From positions 259,493-323,492 of the forward strand of contig NZ_PZOX01000005.1 in the NCBI RefSeq assembly GCF_003044305.1: a stretch of DNA of 64,000 nucleotides, given 5' to 3'. Below are positions 57,601-64,000 of the stretch, one piece after another; position 1 is the first letter of the stretch, and each line of letters begins with the position of its first letter. The notes beneath the pieces were generated by a model, which was not told the DNA's origin, made no database searches, and was given only the letters and a program-made list of their open reading frames with translations. The position numbers and the translations under genes are program-made. This stretch comes from Vitiosangium sp. GDMCC 1.1324 (GTDB lineage Bacteria > Myxococcota > Myxococcia > Myxococcales > Myxococcaceae).

Positions 57601-58313
57601 AGCGCCTTCTCCAGCTCCGGCCGCTTCCCCTTCGAGTTGTTGAAGTAGTACTCGCCGAAGGCCAGGTAGGCGTCGGGGATGTACTTGGACTTCGGGTGCT
57701 TCTCCACCAGGCGCTTGAAGGCCACCAGCGCCTTGCGGTCCTGGCCGTCCTCCATCAGGTACGTGCCGAGGAAGAAGAGCACCTCGTCCGAGCGCTCGAA
57801 GTCCGGGTACTCCTGGACGATCTTCGTGTACTGCTCGAGCGCGAGCTTGCCGTACTGCTTCTGCCGGGTGAGCAGCTCGGCCTTGCCCGCCTTCGCGCGG
57901 CTCTGGCCCGCGGAGTCACCGCGGTTCATCGCCTCGATGAGCTCGTCATCCTTCCGGTTCGCCTCGAAGAAGTAGAACTTCGACTCCTCCCAGTACAGCT
58001 CACCCAGGCGGAAGAGCAGCGAGGGCTGCTCCTTGGGGTCCGCCGACAGGGAGATGATCTTCTTGAGCGATTCGATCTGCTCGCGGCGCTTGGAGGCAAC
58101 CTGCGTCTCCACGCCGAGGCGGAACTGGTCGTACTGGAGAGCGGGAGCGTTGTCCTGCTTCTCCTTCTTGCGGCTGATGTCGCCAGCGAGCGACTTGTCC
58201 ACCACGGCAGTGGAGCTCTTCTTGCCGAGGTTGGCGTCGCGCGGCGCTTTCTTGTCCTGCGCTTGGGCAACCGAGGCCAGGAGCAGGAGGCTGAGGAGGA
58301 GCGTGCGGCGCAT
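54696..58313 (-). CDS. gltD: Large TPR-repeat periplasmic protein, GltD/AgmU-like (about 1205 aa)
   Basis: Signal peptide MRRTLLLSLLLLASVAQAQ (start about 58313). TPR repeats throughout. First gene of the cluster. Confidence 0.7.
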   Translation of the reverse strand: MRRTLLLSLLLLASVAQAQDKKAPRDANLGKKSSTAVVDKSLAGDISRKKEKQDNAPALQYDQFRLGVETQVASKRREQIESLKKIISLSADPKEQPSLLFRLGELYWEESKFYFFEANRKDDELIEAMNRGDSAGQSRAKAGKAELLTRQKQYGKLALEQYTKIVQEYPDFERSDEVLFFLGTYLMEDGQDRKALVAFKRLVEKHPKSKYIPDAYLAFGEYYFNNSKGKRPELEKALAAYKKAAEFPESQVYAFALYKQGWCYFNLADYPNAKDKWKAVVLYGELAGEKNVEKDGKGKKGSSLVREARTDYVRAYAREGDVMLAREDFSKVATNPDDRFAMMRTLANMYYGDGKDREAAITYNSLIKEKPLSPEAPGFQGRIVDIVLRMGNKDRTVTQVRRLVKIMKDVEGSGVIKEEKDKKALAEAKDLAERTLSNLAVTWHNEAKKTREEATFGYADMIYQDYLTLFPDNPKAYDLRFFWAELLNDNLQKYDKAAANYTLVTLQDVKILEAKDEKGNPKPGKPGKWLNNAAYNAVLAYDEMVKDAEAKGLFKTEEAKDVRKKATIPQAKKDLLEACERYLKYVTKGDKRVEIAFKAANIYYRHNHFDEAVLRFSEIALGYPDYKFETGERAGEVAANLVLDSYNLVEDWSKVNEWARRFYNNDKLASGKFREELSKVIEQSAFKLVSQLEAKNQFGKAAEAYLSFVADFPQTEIADVALFNASVDYYKAKMLDKAIQVRQRIIEQYPSSRFVPECIYNNAEALEAIGDFQESADVYEQYVRGYEASLAGGGKAVVRAAPAHAAKKGKAGKGGKGKAAAVVVSDKPGQPQKWEESKAQVALFNAATYREGLAQYKQALALRERYLTLWPKAKDAEDILLSIITLHDKMGNFYKAIAQLEEYERQYMRSPSKFLMAEGRIVDIYENKVRKPKDTERLYNRILDYYEKLPRRIQQSLEKPALEAVGRAQYRSVEPDFQFYSRLKLTWGRPPSPDKLKGSIKEKNDSRAVVEKKYVQTVQIGAAEPAICALNRIGQIYDNFADKISNAPMPPGIDEETENALRDEFSNQAQPLKDSATEAFSNAVAKSRELDVFNNCAAESLKMLRDTYRPEQFPTMFEEKVALSKGRDLAIGGDVLAAIQDVPPPVVETATADQGKTQEAAEDVSDLAKRLQQQTATQVDGPSAPTKEGTPKKAGTDEQEPEDFL

Positions 58314-58592
58314 GGGTTTCCTCTGCTGGGGTCTTCCGGCCGGGCCCCTTGCCTGCTCGGCAAGTGTCCGGGACTCTTCGGGAATTTCCATGTGGAAGGC
58401 TGCGCACTATGCGCGGTGCGTTGGGGCCGGTCAACAGCCCCTTGGGGGTATGCCAGCTCGGCAGGTCCGAAGCGGGAAGATTTCAGGAATGCTGTGCGAA
58501 AAGCATCGCGCCCGTTGCGCTGTCAGCCCCGGCTGGTAAGGGGGAGCCTTGCGCCCGGCCGTCCGGCTGGCCACCTGGAGATGTAGCACCAC

Positions 58593-59243
58593 ATGAGCCT
58601 CCTGCCCGAGAGCGCCAGCTTCGAAGAGCTGGTGCAGGACTACTTCCTCGCGATGCGCGGCAGCGGATTGATGCTGTCCGCGCTGGACGCGGAGCTTTTG
58701 ACGTCCTGGGCCGAGCAGGGGGTTCCCTTCGAGGTGGTGGCGCGGGGGATTGCCCGCTCGGCGGAGAAGGCGCTGTGGGACGCCCGGCCCGGAGAGCCCG
58801 TGCTGCGCAGCCTCCGGGCCTGCCGCAAGCAGGTGGAGGCGGAGATCAAGAAGCACCGGGAGCGCTCGGCGGGCGCGGGCAGCGAGGGGAGCCGGCGCAC
58901 GGCCCGGACCCGCTCCTGGGAGGAGCTGCGGCACGCGCAACTCCAGGCCTCGCTGGAGCGGCTCGCCGAGAGGGAGCCGGGGCTGGCACCGCAGATCCAC
59001 CGGCTGATGGAGGCGGTGCTGCACGAGGTGCCTACCGAGTTCGCGCGAATGGAGGCCCAGGAGTCCCTCGTGGGGCTGGTGCTGCTGCGCGCCCTGCCCT
59101 TCTCCGAGCGGCGGGGGCTGTGGCGCTCGGCGCGGGGGGAGGCCGTGGATCAGCAGTACATGTCCTTCCGTGCCCGGCGGCTGGCCCGGCGCTTCCGGCT
59201 GCTGGCGGTGGTGCGCCGGCGGCTGGGGCTGATGGACGCGTAG
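58593..59243 (+). CDS. Hypothetical protein (216 aa, Arg/Leu-rich helical)
   Basis: ORF with good codon bias. Immediately upstream of, and probably co-transcribed with, the ATPase gene. Confidence 0.5.
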   Translation: MSLLPESASFEELVQDYFLAMRGSGLMLSALDAELLTSWAEQGVPFEVVARGIARSAEKALWDARPGEPVLRSLRACRKQVEAEIKKHRERSAGAGSEGSRRTARTRSWEELRHAQLQASLERLAEREPGLAPQIHRLMEAVLHEVPTEFARMEAQESLVGLVLLRALPFSERRGLWRSARGEAVDQQYMSFRARRLARRFRLLAVVRRRLGLMDA

Positions 59244-59311
59244 AGAGAAGGTGGGTGTACGCCCGTGTAGCCGCTGACGAGCGTCAGGGGGCTCTGCTAT
59301 GGCCTCGCGAC

Positions 59312-60259
59312 ATGGTCACGAAGGCGATCGGCGAGGTGTGTGGCGAGTGTGGGGGACGGACGTACGTCATCGAGCGGCGCGGAGACCGGGCGCACGCGCG
59401 GGTGTGCACGTGCTCGGTCCGGTGCAGCATCTGTGACGGGCGCGGGTTCTCCTATGACGTGCGCGAGGAGACCTTCAGCGCCAAGGTGGGCCCCAAGCGC
59501 TACGAGGTGCTGGTGCCCTGCGTATGCCAGCACCGCGCGAAGAAGGTGGCGCAGTTCAACGAAGTGGGGCTTCCCGGAGTGATGTCGCACGCGGGCTTCG
59601 AGAACTACCAGCCCGCCGTCCCGGCACAGGGCCTGGCGCTCAACGTCGCGCGGGACTTCGCCTATAGGTTCAACAAGGCGGGGGTGAACAAGGGGTTCAT
59701 CCTCGGCGGCCCCGTGGGCACGGGGAAGACCCACCTGCTGGTGGCCTCGCTCAAGCACCTGGTGCTCGAGGTGGGACTGGAGGCCCGGTACGTGGAGATC
59801 TCCCTGCTCTACGCCACCATCCGGCGCGGCTTCCAGGAGGGCAAGAGCGGCGGGGAGATCATCGGCCCGCTGTCGGACGTGGAGGTGCTCGCCATCGACG
59901 AGCTGGGCAAGGGGCGCGGCAGCCCCTTCGAGATGGAGACGCTCGATGAGCTGATCGCCCGGCGCTACAATGCGGGGCGCACCACGCTCTTCGCGACGAA
60001 CTACTCGCTGGAGCCGGAGCGCAAGAGCACCCGGACCGCGGCTCCGAGCGGCTACCGCGCCACCGAGGATGCGAAGACCGCGGTGCGCGAGATGGAGCTG
60101 CTGCGCGAGCGCGTGGGCGAGCGCATCTACAGCCGCCTGTGCGAGATGTGCAGCTTCGTGGAGCTACCGAAGGAGACGCCGGATCAGCGCCGCATGCGGC
60201 AGGAGCTCGACATCCGGCCGGGCCCGGCACCGGGTGGGATGCGCGGCCCGGGGCGCTGA
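59312..60259 (+). CDS. DnaC/IstB-like AAA+ ATPase with N-terminal double Cys4 zinc ribbon
   Basis: CGECGG..CTCSVRCSICDGRG...CVCQHR Cys clusters. GPVGTGKTHL (Walker A), LAIDELG (Walker B), RTTLFATN (sensor). The upstream part of the listed 636-aa ORF is not coding. Confidence 0.7.
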   Translation: MVTKAIGEVCGECGGRTYVIERRGDRAHARVCTCSVRCSICDGRGFSYDVREETFSAKVGPKRYEVLVPCVCQHRAKKVAQFNEVGLPGVMSHAGFENYQPAVPAQGLALNVARDFAYRFNKAGVNKGFILGGPVGTGKTHLLVASLKHLVLEVGLEARYVEISLLYATIRRGFQEGKSGGEIIGPLSDVEVLAIDELGKGRGSPFEMETLDELIARRYNAGRTTLFATNYSLEPERKSTRTAAPSGYRATEDAKTAVREMELLRERVGERIYSRLCEMCSFVELPKETPDQRRMRQELDIRPGPAPGGMRGPGR

Positions 60260-60267
60260 GAGCCACA

Positions 60268-60831
60268 TCAGGGCTGCTTGGGTTCGAGCAGTCCTTCTCG
60301 AGCGGCGTACTGCCGCGTCGTCATCACCTCCTCGATGATCTCAGGGGAGTCCGGAAACATCCTCTCCGCCAGCTCCCCCAGCTTGAGCGCCTTCTCCAGG
60401 GTTTCTTTCGTCCGCTCGGCATTCCAGTACCGGAGCAGCCCCCACCACGCATCCTTGAGCGTCTCCGAGGCCTTGGTGGCACCTTCCTCGTAGAGCTTCG
60501 CCGCCTCGTGAGGAGAGTCGCGATAGGTGTCCAGGAAGAAGCCAAGTTCGACCAACGCGGACGCGCTCCGATACGAGCCCAGGACGGCCTGCTCCAACAG
60601 GTGCTGGATCTCCTTGAAGGGCCCCTCGGGCGCCTTGCCATCATCCTCCGCGGTCCAGAGCCGTCGTTGCATCAACCATGCGAGGAAGAGGGTGTTCTGC
60701 GTAAACGCGGGACAGGCCTCGAACAGCTCACGATGCAACTGGATCTGCTCTTCGCTCGGCCTCGCGATGTCACCTGAATGCCGGGCAGCTTGAAACTTCG
60801 CGACCAACTCCTCGAGCCCAGGGTGCGCCAT
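60268..60831 (-). CDS. Hypothetical protein (187 aa), lower GC
   Basis: ORF with reasonable codon usage. No recognisable motif. Confidence 0.45.
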   Translation of the reverse strand: MAHPGLEELVAKFQAARHSGDIARPSEEQIQLHRELFEACPAFTQNTLFLAWLMQRRLWTAEDDGKAPEGPFKEIQHLLEQAVLGSYRSASALVELGFFLDTYRDSPHEAAKLYEEGATKASETLKDAWWGLLRYWNAERTKETLEKALKLGELAERMFPDSPEIIEEVMTTRQYAAREGLLEPKQP

Positions 60832-61055
60832 GAGTCACCTCACCGTCTGGACGGCTCCCCCGCCATGGCGACAGCCCCCGGCGAAGAACAGCACGAACGC
60901 ACACAGAGGCCACTTCCTGCCGGGCATGCCTCCCTCCGCGAATCACCGGGGCCTCGCCCGTGATTGTACTCCAGCAGAGGAATGGCCCCGGTGAATCCGC
61001 AGCGAGTGTGTGGCTCAGGTCACAGCCCTCATCCCTGCCCGCCCCCTGGGGCGGC

Positions 61056-62252
61056 TCAGGTCCCCAGGAACTCCCGGTGCAACCGCGCCGTCAGTGGCTT
61101 CAGGTGCTGTTTGTCCACCAGCAACGTCAATTGCAGGGGCGAGGTGTGCACTGCATGCACCCGCGCCCCCAGCTCCTCCGCCACCCCCAGGGCCCTGCGC
61201 AGGTAGCTCCAGTCCGCGTTCAGCCCCGCCCCCACCGCCGTCACCGTCCCCACCTCCTCCCGCAACGTCACCGCCTCCCCGAAGCGCGCTCCCACGTCCC
61301 GCTTCAGCGCCTCCAGCCCGTGCACGTCCTGCAACGGCACCGCGATGAACGCCCTCCCCTCGCGCCCCAACATCCCGTCGAACGTCAGCGCCCTGCCGCG
61401 CACCCCTCGCGCGTCCAGGAACTCCAGCAGCTCCGGCACCCGCACCGACTCCACCGCCGCCGACAACACCGCCATCTCCGCCTCCGCCGTCACCCCCTTC
61501 ACCCGCGTATCCGTCGGCGCCACCAGCTCCTGCACCGCCGTCCCACTCCCCGCCGCATGCGCCGTGCGCGCCAGGATGACGATGCCCTTCGCCTTCGCGA
61601 ACTCCACCGCCTGCGCGTTGAGCACCTTCGCCCCCGCGCTCGCCAGTTCCTGCATCTCGTCGTACGACAGCGACTCCAGCTTGCGCGCGTCCGGCACCAC
61701 CCGTGGATCCGCGCTGAACACCCCGTCCACATCCGAGTAGATCTCACACGACTCCGCGCTCAACGCCGCCGCCAGCGCCACCGCCGTCGTGTCCGAGCCC
61801 CCTCGTCCCAGCGTCGTCACCTCCCGCTTGTACGAGACCCCCTGGTAGCCCGCGACGATGACCACCTTGCCCTGCGCCAGCTCGTCCTGGATGCGGTAGG
61901 GCCGCACCTCCACGATGCGCGCCTGTGAGTGCGCGTCATTCGTGATGATGCCGCTCTGGCTTCCCGTGAAGCTGATGGCCGGCACCCCCATCTCCTGCAG
62001 CGCCATGGACACCAACGCCATGGAGATGCGCTCCCCGCACGTGAGCAACATGTCCAGCTCGCGCCGGGGCGGATCCGGCGACACCTGCTTGGCCAGCGCC
62101 AGCAGTTCGTCCGTGGTGTCCCCCATGGCCGACACCACCACCACCACCTGGTAGCCTCGATCGCGCGTATCCTTCACCCGGCGTGCGACCTTGCGGATCT
62201 TCTCCACATCGGCGACTGATGAGCCGCCGTACTTCTGCACCACGATCGGCAT
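61056..62252 (-). CDS. lysC: Aspartate kinase
   Basis: [13 protein letters not shown]...[16 protein letters not shown]-terminal kinase signature, with C-terminal ACT-like region. Confidence 0.9.
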   Translation of the reverse strand: MPIVVQKYGGSSVADVEKIRKVARRVKDTRDRGYQVVVVVSAMGDTTDELLALAKQVSPDPPRRELDMLLTCGERISMALVSMALQEMGVPAISFTGSQSGIITNDAHSQARIVEVRPYRIQDELAQGKVVIVAGYQGVSYKREVTTLGRGGSDTTAVALAAALSAESCEIYSDVDGVFSADPRVVPDARKLESLSYDEMQELASAGAKVLNAQAVEFAKAKGIVILARTAHAAGSGTAVQELVAPTDTRVKGVTAEAEMAVLSAAVESVRVPELLEFLDARGVRGRALTFDGMLGREGRAFIAVPLQDVHGLEALKRDVGARFGEAVTLREEVGTVTAVGAGLNADWSYLRRALGVAEELGARVHAVHTSPLQLTLLVDKQHLKPLTARLHREFLGT

Positions 62253-62459
62253 AAAGCACCCGCTGCGTTGTTCCTAGGGGCCGACGAAGGTCACAGGTAA
62301 CCTGTCGGCCGTGTCCGCCAAGACACACTGGAAGCACCTCATGCACAAGGCTCGCCAGCATCCCCCGAAGTGTCCCCGATGCCCGCCTGCCTGCCTTGAC
62401 AGGCCAGAGCCAGCTTTTATATCGGCCGCCGGTCGAGCGCTTCTGAACGGAGCCTTCCC

Positions 62460-63191
62460 ATGCCCATGATCGAGGTGCAGAACCTCACCAAGCGATACCG
62501 GGAACGGGTCGCGGTGGATCACCTGAACTTCTCGGTCGCCGAGGGGCAGATCCTCGGGTTCCTCGGCCCCAACGGTGCGGGCAAATCCACCACGATGAAG
62601 ATCCTCACCGGGTTCCTGCCTCCCTCCGAGGGGATGGCCCTCGTGGCGGGTTTCGATGTCTTCGAGCAGCCCTTGGAGGTCAAACGGCGGATCGGCTACC
62701 TGCCGGAGACGCCGCCGCTGTACCCGGAGATGACGGTGGTGGGGTACCTGAAGTTCGTGGCCGAGCTCAAGGGACTGCCCGGCCGGGGCCTGCGCGCCGA
62801 GGTGGAGCGGGTGGGCGGCCTGACGGGCGTCTCCGACGTCATGGGCCGCGTCATCCAGAACCTGTCCAAGGGCTACAAGCAGCGCGTGGGCATTGCCCAG
62901 GCCTTGCTCGGCTCCCCGCCGGTACTCATTCTCGACGAGCCCACCGAGGGGTTGGATCCCGCCCAGCGCGCCGAGGTGCGCGGCCTCATCAAGGGGCTGG
63001 CGGGCAAGCACACGGTCATCCTCTCCACCCACATCCTCCCCGAGGTGACGATGACCTGTGAGAAGGTCCTCATCATCAACCAGGGCCGGGTGGTGGCGTA
63101 CGACGACATCCGCAAGCTGGCGCGCGTGCACGGCGGCCAGGCGGAGAACGTGTCGCTCGAGGAGATCTTCATCAAGCTGACCGCGGCCTGA
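62460..63191 (+). CDS. ABC transporter ATP-binding protein (ABC-2 type)
   Basis: GPNGAGKSTT (Walker A), LSKGYKQRVGIAQAL (signature), ILDEPTEGLD (Walker B). Confidence 0.9.
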   Translation: MPMIEVQNLTKRYRERVAVDHLNFSVAEGQILGFLGPNGAGKSTTMKILTGFLPPSEGMALVAGFDVFEQPLEVKRRIGYLPETPPLYPEMTVVGYLKFVAELKGLPGRGLRAEVERVGGLTGVSDVMGRVIQNLSKGYKQRVGIAQALLGSPPVLILDEPTEGLDPAQRAEVRGLIKGLAGKHTVILSTHILPEVTMTCEKVLIINQGRVVAYDDIRKLARVHGGQAENVSLEEIFIKLTAA

Positions 63192-63230
63192 GGCCCGCGC
63201 GTCCCCACGCACACGGTTTTCGGAGGACCC

Positions 63231-64000
63231 ATGCGCACCGCGCTGGCGATCGCCCGCAAGGAACTGTCCATCTACTTCACCACGCCGTGGGCCTACGCGG
63301 TCTTCACGGCGATGCTGGGTATCGCGTCGTTCTTCTTCATCAGCTACCTCTACGAGTTCCAGCGTGCCCAGGAGATGGCGCGCACGCTCGGCTGGGATCG
63401 CGTCCCCCAGGAGTTCCGCAACCTCACCGACGGGGTGATGGTGCCCTTCTGGTCCACGGTGATGATGATCACGCTCTTCGTGGTGCCCTTCCTGTCCATG
63501 CGGCTGTTCGCCGAGGAGAAGCGCAACAAGACGTTCGAGCTGCTGATGACGGCGCCGGTGCGGCCCGTGGAGATCGTCCTGGGCAAGTACCTGGGCGGCC
63601 TGGGCATCATCACCACCACCCTGGGGCTCACCATCTTCTTCCCGGTGATGCTGTCGCTCTTCGGAAAGAGTGACTCCGGCACCGTGCTGGAGTGGGGCAC
63701 GGTACTCCTGGCCTACGGCGGGCTGCTCCTGTGGGGCGCCACGTGTATGGCCGTCGGCATGTTCATCTCCACGCTGACGGAGAGCCAGATGGTGGCCGCC
63801 CTGGTGACCTTCGCGGTGTTGCTGCCGTGGATGATGCTGCGAGGGCTCGCGCAGGCCACCGAGGAGCCCGTGCGCTCCTTCATCAGCTACCTGTCCTTCG
63901 ACGCGCAGCTGCAGGGGATGATGCGCGGCGTGTTGGATCTCAAGACGCCCGTCTTCTTCGTGTCCGTCATCTTCTTCTCCCTGCTGCTCAGCCACCGCAC
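63231..64000 (+). CDS. ABC-2 family transporter permease (3-prime end truncated by the window edge)
   Basis: ATG at 63231 after a GGAGGA RBS. Multi-TM hydrophobic protein (MRTALAIARKELSIYFTTPWAYAVF...). No stop within the window, so it is absent from the ORF track. Confidence 0.7.
   Translation, partial: MRTALAIARKELSIYFTTPWAYAVFTAMLGIASFFFISYLYEFQRAQEMARTLGWDRVPQEFRNLTDGVMVPFWSTVMMITLFVVPFLSMRLFAEEKRNKTFELLMTAPVRPVEIVLGKYLGGLGIITTTLGLTIFFPVMLSLFGKSDSGTVLEWGTVLLAYGGLLLWGATCMAVGMFISTLTESQMVAALVTFAVLLPWMMLRGLAQATEEPVRSFISYLSFDAQLQGMMRGVLDLKTPVFFVSVIFFSLLLSHR

Noticed and set aside
58349-60259. 636-aa ORF taken as a single gene
   Set aside because: Only the last about 315 codons (from ATG 59312) encode the Zn-ribbon AAA+ ATPase. 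The upstream portion overlaps the gltD promoter region and the 58593-59243 gene in another frame.

Overview
High-GC (~68-70%) chromosomal segment from a myxobacterium (Myxococcus/Corallococcus-like). The window contains, in order:

- 136-8294: a very large CRISPR array, about 112 copies of a 36-bp repeat.
- 8.5-16.7 kb, minus strand: the adjacent class 1 type I cas operon, cas6-cas3-cas8-cas7-cas5-cas4/cas1-cas2. It has a Cas4-Cas1 fusion, a Cas3 with its HD domain at the N-terminus, no separate small subunit, and separate cas5 and cas6. This resembles I-U/I-G variants but matches neither canonical I-E, I-C nor the GSU0054-type I-G.
- 17.0-18.4 kb: a high-GC integral-membrane protein gene.
- 18.4-24.2 kb: a lower-GC integrative-element remnant (parA, parB, xis-like HTH, tyrosine integrase) abutting tRNA-Arg(CCG), followed by tRNA-Leu(TAA).
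- 24.5-26.2 kb: ffh (SRP54).
- 26.2-33.4 kb: a low-GC island. It carries a lipoprotein with Ig-like domains and seven propeller-like repeats, a divergent RelA/SpoT-domain (RSH, toxSAS-like) protein, a compact group II intron inserted just after a terminator hairpin and carrying a frameshifted IEP, a secreted MORN/YwqK-like protein, and a Cys-rich lipoprotein.
- 33.4-58.4 kb, minus strand: the G1 gliding-motility gene cluster gltD-E-F-G-H-(RE-repeat TPR protein)-gltI-gltJ, recognised from domain architecture and gene order.
- 58.6-64.0 kb: a hypothetical gene, a Zn-ribbon DnaC/IstB-like AAA+ ATPase, a small hypothetical gene, aspartate kinase, and an ABC-2 transporter (ATPase plus permease, truncated by the window end).

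Many long ORFs in the track are translations of the CRISPR repeats or antisense GC3 artefacts and are not genes.
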